A DNA stretch of 54,752 nt, taken from contig JBAQNC010000078.1 in assembly GCA_049303435.1 (NCBI GenBank), forward strand, positions 1 to 54,752. Direction: 5' to 3'. Below are positions 47,010 through 54,752 of the stretch, piece by piece. Position 1 is the first letter of the stretch; each line of letters opens with the position of its first letter. Below the pieces are notes generated by a model, which saw nothing but the letters and a program-made list of their open reading frames with translations, had not been told where the DNA came from and did not search any database. The translations under genes and the position numbers were made by a program. The stretch comes from Parvibaculum sp. Lineage in GTDB: Bacteria; Pseudomonadota; Alphaproteobacteria; Parvibaculales; Parvibaculaceae.

Positions 47010-48371
47010 TCAGGCATTTCTGAGATACCAGTCGTAGTCCACATCGCTGACCGCCGCGAAGAAGCGGTCGCATTCGGCTTCCTTGATGGTGAGGAAGATA
47101 TTGGTGAAGCCTTCGCCGAGGTGAGCTTTCAGAAAATCCGAGCGACGCGCAAATTCAAGCGCGCGCCACCAGTTCATCGGCAAGGTCGCTTCCTGATTGC
47201 TGTAACCATCGCCCACCACCGGCGCGCTCGGTTCGATCTTCTTGTCCAGACCTTCGGCAATGCCTGCCAGCACAGTCGCCAGCGCCACATAGGGGTTTGC
47301 ATCTGCGCCGCAAACACGATGTTCCAGATGGCGCGATGAGGGCTTGCCCGCTGTCACACGCAGCGGCACGGTGCGGTTGTCTACCGCCCAGGCGGGCGCA
47401 AGCGGCGCATAGGAATTGAGGCGGAAGCGGCGATAGGAATTGGCGTTCGGCGCGAAGACCGCCATGCTTTCAGCCATCGTCTGTTCAAGCCCGCCGATGG
47501 CATAACGCAGATGAGGCGTGAGGTCGCCCTCGCCAGCAAAAAGATTGTCATTCTTGTCATCAGAAAAAGAGACATGCACATGCATGCCGCTGCCCGACAG
47601 GTCGGCATAGGGTTTGGCCATGAAAGTTGCGACATAGCCATGCTTCTCGGCCACGCCCTTGACGAGCCGCTTGTAGAGAATGGCATCGTCGGCGGCGCGC
47701 ATGGCGTCGGCGCCATGCGCCAGCACAATCTCGAATTGCCCCGGTGCATATTCGGAAATCAATGTGCGGGCGGGCAAACCCATACGCTTAGCGCCCGCAT
47801 AGACGTCATTGAGAAAACCGGAGAAATCTTCCAGATCCTGCATCAGACAGGCCTGAAGATGAGATGGCGTAAAGCCATTGGGCGCGGTGGGCGGCGTTGG
47901 TTTGCCCGACTGCGCCGACGCGCGATCCATGAGATAAAACTCAAGCTCGATGGCGACGATGGGCGTGAGACCGCGCGCGGCAAAGCCATCGACGACGCGC
48001 GCCAACGCGTGGCGCGGATCGGCAGGCGTGGGCGAGCCATCGCGCTCCCAGGATTCCAGAATGAGTTGTGCGGTCGGGACGTCATACCAGGGCACGTGGG
48101 TCAGCGTTCCGGCGACCGGATGATAGGGACGGTCGGAGTCTCCCTCTTCCCAGACCAGTCCGGTTTCAAGCACGTCTTCGCCCAGAATATCGAGCGACTG
48201 AATGGAGCAAGGCAAGGGGCGGCCATCGCGATAGGCGGGCAGCAGTTCCTCGGGCCGCAAGATCTTGCCGCGCGCGACACCCGATGGGTCGGTGAGGAAA
48301 GCCTGTATCTGCACCGTCTCGGGATGTTCGGCGAGGAATGCTGCCGCTTCGTCTTCGTGGCCACGCGCCAT
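47010..48371 (-). CDS. Glutamine synthetase-like gamma-glutamyl ligase (PuuA-like)
   Basis: RGK, ELEFYL, SEYAPGQFEI, ATFMAKP, GSGMHVHVS, NSYRR, DNRT, EHRV.GADANPY. Confidence 0.85.
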   Translation of the reverse strand: MARGHEDEAAAFLAEHPETVQIQAFLTDPSGVARGKILRPEELLPAYRDGRPLPCSIQSLDILGEDVLETGLVWEEGDSDRPYHPVAGTLTHVPWYDVPTAQLILESWERDGSPTPADPRHALARVVDGFAARGLTPIVAIELEFYLMDRASAQSGKPTPPTAPNGFTPSHLQACLMQDLEDFSGFLNDVYAGAKRMGLPARTLISEYAPGQFEIVLAHGADAMRAADDAILYKRLVKGVAEKHGYVATFMAKPYADLSGSGMHVHVSFSDDKNDNLFAGEGDLTPHLRYAIGGLEQTMAESMAVFAPNANSYRRFRLNSYAPLAPAWAVDNRTVPLRVTAGKPSSRHLEHRVCGADANPYVALATVLAGIAEGLDKKIEPSAPVVGDGYSNQEATLPMNWWRALEFARRSDFLKAHLGEGFTNIFLTIKEAECDRFFAAVSDVDYDWYLRNA

Positions 48372-48373
48372 TT

Positions 48374-49744
48374 TCAGATGTCTCCAGTTCCGCAAAGTAG
48401 CGACAGGGCTTCGCCGATGCGGTTCACCAGCCTGTCAACATCCGCTCTCGTCGTGGTCGGGGCGACCAATGTCATGTTGTGGAATGGCGTCACCAGCACA
48501 TCCCTGTTCAGAAGATAGAGGTGGATGGCGCGTTCAACCATGTGGTCGATGGCAGCAGCGGCCTCGGCGCCGTTTTCAAGCGGGCGGGAGCTGAAAACGA
48601 GTTCGGCACGCGCTCCTATCTGGGTGACGGTCCAGGGCAAGGCATGCCGCTCCACTTCGCTGCGAAGACCGGAAGCGAGATATTCGGCGAGCGAGGTCAT
48701 ATGGGCGTAGGCTGCATGGGTCATCACGTCTGTGAGGCAGGCGCGCATGGCGGCGAGCGTCAGAATATTGCCTGAAAGCGTCGTGCCGATGCCTGAGTAA
48801 CCGGGGGTCTTGGAGGCCTGTACGCGACGCATATCCGCTTCGATTTCCGCCGTGAAGCCAAAGACGGCAGCAGGAAGGCCGCCCGCAACCGGTTTGCCCA
48901 GAACAAAAAAGTCGGGATCGAGATCATGTGCGCGGGTGAAACCACCGGGGCCTGTCGAAATCGTATGCGTCTCATCGAGACAGAGCAGCGTGCCGTGTTG
49001 ACGGGCGAGCGTGAGCAAGCCTTCGATGAAACCACGCCTTGGCAGCACCATCGCCGTATTGGTCAGCGCAGGCTCTGTGAGGATCAGCGCGATATCACCA
49101 TGCACAAGCTGATTTTCCACCGCATCAAGATCATTGAACGGCACGGCGACACTTGTCGCAGCGATGTTGCTCACCTGTCCCAGCAGGCTCGGCTTCATCA
49201 CCGTCTTGCCACCGTCGAGCTTGACGAAGGCATCCTCGACCTGACCGTGATAGCAGCCGTCGAAAACGAGAACCTTGGGGCGGCCCGTGATCGCGCGCGC
49301 CCAGCGCACCACCGCGCGATTGGCGTCGCTTGCGGTGGCCGTCACCTGCCAGAAGGGAAGGCCGAATCTTTGCGCCAGCAATGCACCGACTTCAGCGGTA
49401 AGCGACGAAGGCAGCATGGTCGTCATGCCCTTCATCACCTGTTGCGAAACAGCGCGGGCGACCGGCGCAGGCGAATGGCCGAACATCGCGCCAGTGTCGC
49501 CCAGACAAAAATCGACATAGGAATGACCATCGACATCGACGACGGTGGAGCCCAATGCCGAGGTCACGAAAAGCGGAAAGGGCGTTTCCCAATCCAGCAT
49601 CCAGTGAAGCGGCACGCCGCCGGGGAAATGCGCGCCTGCCTCTTTAGCCATGACTTGAGAAACGGGATGGCGCTCGGCAAAGCGGGTCCGCTCCGCCGCG
49701 ATCATGGCCTCGGCTCTTTTTCTCATTTGCGGTGAAATGGACAT
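48374..49744 (-). CDS. Class III PLP aminotransferase (GSA-aminomutase-like subfamily)
   Basis: DVDGHSYVDF, FDGCYHG, LDETHT, LGKPVAGG, GTTLSGN. Confidence 0.85.
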   Translation of the reverse strand: MSISPQMRKRAEAMIAAERTRFAERHPVSQVMAKEAGAHFPGGVPLHWMLDWETPFPLFVTSALGSTVVDVDGHSYVDFCLGDTGAMFGHSPAPVARAVSQQVMKGMTTMLPSSLTAEVGALLAQRFGLPFWQVTATASDANRAVVRWARAITGRPKVLVFDGCYHGQVEDAFVKLDGGKTVMKPSLLGQVSNIAATSVAVPFNDLDAVENQLVHGDIALILTEPALTNTAMVLPRRGFIEGLLTLARQHGTLLCLDETHTISTGPGGFTRAHDLDPDFFVLGKPVAGGLPAAVFGFTAEIEADMRRVQASKTPGYSGIGTTLSGNILTLAAMRACLTDVMTHAAYAHMTSLAEYLASGLRSEVERHALPWTVTQIGARAELVFSSRPLENGAEAAAAIDHMVERAIHLYLLNRDVLVTPFHNMTLVAPTTTRADVDRLVNRIGEALSLLCGTGDI

Positions 49745-49759
49745 GGGAGCATTACCCGA

Positions 49760-50170
49760 TCAGGCGGCTTCGATGAATTCAACCCAGTTGCCGTCGGGGT
49801 CAGCGACCATGCCGATGACCGTGCCGGGGCGGATTTCGGTGCGCGGGCGAATGATCTTGTGACCCGCGGCTTCGATATCCTTCATGACCTCGTCGAGATT
49901 TTTGATCGTCATGGTCCAGTAGCGATAGCCCGTCGCGCCGGGAATGCCGCCGGGAGCCGCCTCGGCCTTGGGTTCGCGAACCGGCACAACGAGCTTGATC
50001 AGGCTGTTGCCGAACCACAAGCGATGCATGACCTTGATGCCTGCCGCTTCCATGTTGACGTCGCCTTCATGACGGAGCCCCAGCACGTCACGATAGAAGG
50101 CCAGCATGGCCGGGCCATTCGTCGTCACGATCCCCAGATCAATTCCGTCTTTCACTACTTCAACGCCCAT
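49760..50170 (-). CDS. VOC/glyoxalase family protein
   Basis: FYRDVLGL and DPDGNWVEF; GGAGAGG SD before ATG 50170. Confidence 0.85.
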   Translation of the reverse strand: MGVEVVKDGIDLGIVTTNGPAMLAFYRDVLGLRHEGDVNMEAAGIKVMHRLWFGNSLIKLVVPVREPKAEAAPGGIPGATGYRYWTMTIKNLDEVMKDIEAAGHKIIRPRTEIRPGTVIGMVADPDGNWVEFIEAA

Positions 50171-50200
50171 GTCCGGCCTCTCCCGATTTTTCTTGTGTGT

Positions 50201-50226
50201 GAAACAGACATAAGAAACAGACATAA
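50201..50226. repeat. Perfect 13-bp tandem direct repeat
   Basis: GAAACAGACATAA twice, in the divergent VOC / carbonic anhydrase intergenic region. Confidence 0.85.
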
Positions 50227-50384
50227 ACTGTCGCCATCTGCCTGCGCAATCGCCTGAGATTACATTGAACCGAGATGAGAGGTAAGCCTTCCTCCCGGTC
50301 GGAAATGAGGATCGATGATCGCCTGCCCAAGGGAATCTTGCTAGGGTGCCCGGAAATCGACCGTATCAAGATCGGAGACGACGA

Positions 50385-51143
50385 ATGAAAATCCTGCGAA
50401 CCACGCTTTTCGCCGCCTTTACATTGTCGCTTGGCGTGACCGCCGCCGTGACGTCCGAAACGAAGCCGCATTGGACCTATTCCGGCGAAGAAGGGCCGCA
50501 GCGTTGGGGCGATCTTTCGGCTGAATATGCGTTATGCGGCACAGGCCATATGCAGTCGCCCGTCGACCTCGGCGACATCGACGCGACGGGGTTGATCAAG
50601 CTCGCGGCGATCTACAAGCCCGTTCCGCTCGTCATCCTCAACAATGGTCATACGATCCAGTTCAACACGGACGGCGCGGGCATGCTTTCCGAAGCAGGCG
50701 TCGCTTACGATCTTCTGCAAGTGCATTTTCACGCGCCGAGCGAACATGTGATCAAGGGCAAACATGCGCCCCTCGAAGCGCATTTCGTCCACAGGTCGGC
50801 GGATGGAGCGCTGTCGGTGATCGGTGTCTTCATTGTCGAGGACGCGGCCAATCCGGCGCTTGCGACGCTGATCGCGCATTTGCCGTCAAAGGTGACGCCC
50901 GCCACAGCCATCAAGGGCGCGATGATCGATCCGAATGACCTGCTACCCGCCAGCATGGCCATGTACCGTTATATGGGCTCGTTGACGACGCCGCCTTGCT
51001 CGGAAGGCGTCAACTGGCATGTGCTTTCGACCAACATCACCGCGTCGAAGGAACAGATCGAAAAGCTCTCCGCCGTGCTGCATATGAATGCGCGACCCGT
51101 ACAGCCGCTGCATGAACGGCTGCTGGTTGCGCCCGCCGAATAG
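50385..51143 (+). CDS. cah: Periplasmic alpha-carbonic anhydrase
   Basis: Signal peptide, HWTY, QSPVD, NNGHT, QVHFHAPSEH, EAHFVH, GSLTTPPCSEGV.W, NARPVQ. Confidence 0.95.
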   Translation: MKILRTTLFAAFTLSLGVTAAVTSETKPHWTYSGEEGPQRWGDLSAEYALCGTGHMQSPVDLGDIDATGLIKLAAIYKPVPLVILNNGHTIQFNTDGAGMLSEAGVAYDLLQVHFHAPSEHVIKGKHAPLEAHFVHRSADGALSVIGVFIVEDAANPALATLIAHLPSKVTPATAIKGAMIDPNDLLPASMAMYRYMGSLTTPPCSEGVNWHVLSTNITASKEQIEKLSAVLHMNARPVQPLHERLLVAPAE

Positions 51144-51180
51144 GCCTCAAGAGAAATTACGTCATATCCGGGAGAAGAAA

Positions 51181-51915
51181 ATGAGCGAGAAAAACCCCAT
51201 CGCCCTGTTGACGGATGCGACCGAATTCGTCGGCCCTGCCATCGCAGAACTTTTCGCCTCGAAAGGCGTGACCGTGATCGCGGCGGACCCCACTTTCAGC
51301 GACGAGAAAGCGGCGACGGCGTTCAAAGGGAAGAACCCGAATGTCATCCCGATCATCCAGACCTCCTCGGCGGAAACGGTGGCGCGCGCGAAACAGCATC
51401 ACGAGGAGATCGACATTCTCTGCGTCGGCGGCGCGCATCCGGCGACCAAGACCACGGCGGCGCAGCTTCAGGAAGATGTGACGCGCTCCTTTTTTGAAAA
51501 CCTCGCCATGGAGCCGCTGGCCTATCTCTCGCATCTGGTCGAAGGGATGAAAGCACGCCACTATGGCCGCGTGGTCTTCCTGTCTTCGGCCGGGCCTATC
51601 GGCGGCATCCCGAATTACACGGCCTATGCCGCGGCGCGCGCAGCGCTCAACGGAGCGGTGAAATCGCTTTCCATGGAACTCGCCGCGTCGGGCATTTCGG
51701 TCAATGCGGCCGCCTTCAATTTCGTGGCGACGGAAGCCTATTTCCCCAAGGCGCTCATCGAGAAGCCCGATGTACGGGCGAAAATCCTCTCGCGCGTGCC
51801 GATCAAACGCTTCGGCGAGCCGGTGGAAGCCGCCCGTCTGGTCGAATTCCTCGCGCTGACGGACACGAGATTCGTTACCGGACAGGTCATTTCCGCCTCA
51901 GGCGGCTGGTCCTGA
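51181..51915 (+). CDS. Halohydrin dehalogenase (SDR-related)
   Basis: T-x4-F-x-G (TDATEFVG) replaces the SDR TGxxxGxG; catalytic S-x12-Y-x3-R (SAGPIGGIPNYTAYAAAR). Confidence 0.82.
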   Translation: MSEKNPIALLTDATEFVGPAIAELFASKGVTVIAADPTFSDEKAATAFKGKNPNVIPIIQTSSAETVARAKQHHEEIDILCVGGAHPATKTTAAQLQEDVTRSFFENLAMEPLAYLSHLVEGMKARHYGRVVFLSSAGPIGGIPNYTAYAAARAALNGAVKSLSMELAASGISVNAAAFNFVATEAYFPKALIEKPDVRAKILSRVPIKRFGEPVEAARLVEFLALTDTRFVTGQVISASGGWS

Positions 51916-52022
51916 TCGCCCCAATTCCGAACCACTACACAATATCAGGTTGCATGAACCGGCAGGATCGCAATAATAAACTGACAAAAAGTCATAAATA
52001 AGAATCTGAACAGGGCCAGGAA

Positions 52023-53843
52023 ATGACGTCAACGACCAAGACCGAGGGCGCCGCACGCCCCGCCATCGACAAGAAAGCGCTGCTCGCCAAATATCTGGAA
52101 GAGCGCGACAAGCGGCTGCGCGCCGATGGCAACGACCAGTATCTGCAGATCAAGGATCAGCTGGCGCATTATCTGGAAGATCCCTATACGCCTCGCGTCG
52201 AGCGCGAGCCGAAGACCGACCATGTCACCTTCGCCTTTATCGGCGGCGGCTTTGCCGGGCTCGTAACGGGCGCGCGACTGGTCGAAGCTGGCATCACCGA
52301 CGTGAGGATCATCGAAAAGGGCGGCGACTTCGGCGGCACCTGGTACTGGAACCGCTACCCCGGCGCGCAATGCGACACGGCCTCGATGATCTATATGCCG
52401 CTGCTGGAAGAAACCGGGCATATGCCCACCGAGAAATATGCGCATGCGCCGGAAATTCTCGAACAGTGCCAGCGCATCGGCAAACAATACGGACTTTACG
52501 ACGGCGCGCTTTTCCATACCGAAGTCAAGAACATGGAATGGCTCGCCGAGCAGTCGCGCTGGCTGATCGAGACCAATCGCGGCGATCGCTTCACCGCCGA
52601 TTTTATCGGCATGGGCACAGGCCCGCTGCATGTGCCCAAGCTGCCGGGCATTCCCGGCATCGAAAGCTTCAAGGGCCACTCGTTCCATACGAGCCGCTGG
52701 GACTATGACTACACAGGCGGCGACCCCAAAGGCGCGCTGATGGAAAAGCTCGCCGACAAGCGCGTCGCCATCATCGGCACGGGCGCGACATCGGTCCAGG
52801 CCGTGCCGCATCTGGCGCGCGCCTGCAAAGAACTTTACGTCGTGCAGCGCACGCCTTCCTCCGTCGATGTACGCGCCAACAAGCCGATCGATCCGGAATG
52901 GTTCGAAAGCATCGCGACGCAGGGTTGGCAAAAGCGTTGGCTTGAAAACTTCACGGCCAATCAGGGCGGCGACCTCGCGGAAGAAGACCTTGTGATGGAC
53001 GGTTGGACGGACCTTTCGCGCCGCATCCGCTCCAAGATCATGGAACTGCCGCGCGATCAGATGACGCCGAAGAACATGCTGCTGGCGTTCGAGGATTCCG
53101 ACTTCGAAAAGATGGAAGAAATCCGCGCCCGCGTTGACAGCATCGTCAAGGACCCGGACACAGCGCAGAACCTCAAGGCCTGGTATCGCCAGCTCTGCAA
53201 ACGACCCTGCTTCCACGACGCCTATCTACAGGCCTTCAACACGCCGGGCACGCATCTCATCGACACCAATGGCCAGGGCGTCGAAAAAATTACCGACAAG
53301 GGCTTTGTCGTCGCAGGCAAGGAATATGAAGTCGATTGCATCATCTATGCGTCGGGCTTTGAAGTCGGCACAGAGTATACGCGGCGCGCTGGCTTCGACA
53401 TGACGGGCCGCGATGGGCTCAAGCTCTCCCAGGCCTGGGCCGACGGCATGCGCACCAAGCACGGCATTCATGTGCATGGTTTCCCCAATGCCTTCATCGT
53501 GCAGCCGACGCAGGGCGCCAACCTCATTTCCAATATTCCGCACAATCTGACGGAAGCGGGCGCGACCATTGCGGCGATCGTCAAGCACACCATTGATGAC
53601 GGCTTCAGGGAAGTGGAAGTCACGAAGCAGGCTCAGGATGAATGGGTTGAGCTTCTGCTGACAAGCACGGGACGCATGATCGGTTCGCCCGATTGCACGC
53701 CGGGCTATTACAACAATGAAGGGCAGGATCCGGGACCTGCGGCGAAGCTCAATGTCGGCTATCCCGCTGGCGCAACGGCCTATTTCAAATATCTCGACGC
53801 GTGGCGCAAATCAGGTGAATTTGAAGGTCTGGCGTTCAGCTAG
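52023..53843 (+). CDS. Type I Baeyer-Villiger monooxygenase
   Basis: GGGFAG, GGTWYWNRYPG, fingerprint FKGHSFHTSRWD, GTGAT, CKRP, CTPGYYNNEG. Confidence 0.92.
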   Translation: MTSTTKTEGAARPAIDKKALLAKYLEERDKRLRADGNDQYLQIKDQLAHYLEDPYTPRVEREPKTDHVTFAFIGGGFAGLVTGARLVEAGITDVRIIEKGGDFGGTWYWNRYPGAQCDTASMIYMPLLEETGHMPTEKYAHAPEILEQCQRIGKQYGLYDGALFHTEVKNMEWLAEQSRWLIETNRGDRFTADFIGMGTGPLHVPKLPGIPGIESFKGHSFHTSRWDYDYTGGDPKGALMEKLADKRVAIIGTGATSVQAVPHLARACKELYVVQRTPSSVDVRANKPIDPEWFESIATQGWQKRWLENFTANQGGDLAEEDLVMDGWTDLSRRIRSKIMELPRDQMTPKNMLLAFEDSDFEKMEEIRARVDSIVKDPDTAQNLKAWYRQLCKRPCFHDAYLQAFNTPGTHLIDTNGQGVEKITDKGFVVAGKEYEVDCIIYASGFEVGTEYTRRAGFDMTGRDGLKLSQAWADGMRTKHGIHVHGFPNAFIVQPTQGANLISNIPHNLTEAGATIAAIVKHTIDDGFREVEVTKQAQDEWVELLLTSTGRMIGSPDCTPGYYNNEGQDPGPAAKLNVGYPAGATAYFKYLDAWRKSGEFEGLAFS

Positions 53844-53877
53844 AACTGCAACCTGACGCCGCTTCGCGAGGAGAAAC

Positions 53878-54752
53878 ATGGCAGCCAACACCATTTATGA
53901 ATGGGCGCAGTCGCAACCTGACAAGGCGGCGGTCATTCAAAACGGGCTCGTCTTCAACTATGCCGCCTTCGCGCGCGGCATCGACGCATCGCGACAATTC
54001 CTGCAGATGCAAAACCTGCCTGTCGGCAAGGTCGCCATCGTTCTGGCCAAGAGCATCGCGGATTCATGGGTCATTGTTCATGCGCTGAGATCACTGGGTC
54101 TCACGACGATCAGTGTGCCAAACATTGCGACGGCACATGATCTGAAGATCAACGACGTCGCCTGTGTAGTAACCACGCAATCAGAACTCTCCACCCAGCA
54201 ATTGCGTGAAGGCGACCTCAAAGGCCTGCCGCTTGTCGTGATCCCCAACGCGACCTATGCGGGCGTATTCAGCGGCGACATTCCGCTCCCCATCGAGAAT
54301 GCACCGCCGCTGGGTGGGCACATTCTCTACACGTCGGGCACCACCGGCACCTACAAGAAAGTCCTGATGGCGGGCGCATGCGAAGAGGCGCGCAACGAGG
54401 CGCGAGCGGCTTCGCAAGGCTATGGCAACAATGCCGTCGATCACGGCATAGGCTTCGGTATCTGGTCCGGTGCGGGCTTCAAACAGCCATCGGCAATCTG
54501 GCATGTCGGCGGCACGCAGATCTTCGATCAGCGACCCGATGTCGCCGACCATTTCCTTGAAAATCGTTTCACGAAGACCGGGGCCTTGCCGATCTTCATG
54601 GAACAAGTGCTCAGACGCCAGGACGAGCGCAACGATCACCGCCCTCCGCCTTTCGAATTCGAATTCAGCCACTCAGGCGGGTTCATGACCAAGCGTCTCG
54701 CCGATCGGGTCATGGAACGGCTGACGCGCCAGATGCTTGTCGTCTATAGCGC
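53878..54752 (+). CDS. Class I adenylate-forming (AMP-binding) enzyme, 3'-truncated by window edge
   Basis: Absent from the ORF track because no stop lies in the window; GAGGAG SD; MAANTIYEWAQSQPDKAAV... with LYTSGTTGTYKK P-loop. Confidence 0.8.
   Translation, partial: MAANTIYEWAQSQPDKAAVIQNGLVFNYAAFARGIDASRQFLQMQNLPVGKVAIVLAKSIADSWVIVHALRSLGLTTISVPNIATAHDLKINDVACVVTTQSELSTQQLREGDLKGLPLVVIPNATYAGVFSGDIPLPIENAPPLGGHILYTSGTTGTYKKVLMAGACEEARNEARAASQGYGNNAVDHGIGFGIWSGAGFKQPSAIWHVGGTQIFDQRPDVADHFLENRFTKTGALPIFMEQVLRRQDERNDHRPPPFEFEFSHSGGFMTKRLADRVMERLTRQMLVVYS

Noticed and set aside
47010..48371. Calling this gene glnA
   Set aside because: Lacks the adenylylation-site context of GSI and looks PuuA-like.
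48374..49744. Calling this gene hemL
   Set aside because: N-terminal GGVPLHW differs from the HemL GGVNSP motif, and the context points to amine catabolism.
1..54752. CRISPR arrays, tRNA/rRNA, transposases, phage or anti-phage genes
   Set aside because: No spaced repeat arrays or such motifs found by inspection; the window is almost fully tiled by the CDSs listed.

Overview
GC-rich chromosomal segment of an alphaproteobacterium; gene content suggests a Parvibaculum-like heterotroph (inference). I found no rRNA, tRNA, CRISPR array, IS or phage genes. Modules, left to right: (1) osmoadaptation: ectR divergent from ectABC-ask plus a ProP-like MFS transporter and a radical SAM gene, then an SLC13/TrkA-C permease and MscS; (2) a three-gene transglutaminase / amidoligase / circularly permuted ATP-grasp-alphaE operon; (3) an RpoE-ChrR singlet-oxygen module with furan-fatty-acid-type genes and three TGATCC-N15-SCGTA promoters, one driving a DUF6134-like gene; (4) a TetR-associated hybrid aromatic meta-cleavage cluster with an acyl-CoA ligase; (5) a chemosensory island rich in candidate O2/heme sensors: a Cys-bearing Crp/Fnr protein, a globin-coupled chemoreceptor, a PleC/DivJ-like kinase with a FixL-like PAS, and cheA-W-Y-Z-B-R, where CheA carries an apparent degenerate truncated-globin domain in place of P2; (6) amino-acid dehydrogenase, DsrE, TerB, a GS-like ligase with a class III aminotransferase, VOC, alpha-carbonic anhydrase, a halohydrin dehalogenase, a Baeyer-Villiger monooxygenase and a partial adenylate-forming enzyme. 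The best candidate for an undescribed system is module 5, especially the globin-like insert in CheA. All family calls come from motif recognition by eye, not database searches.
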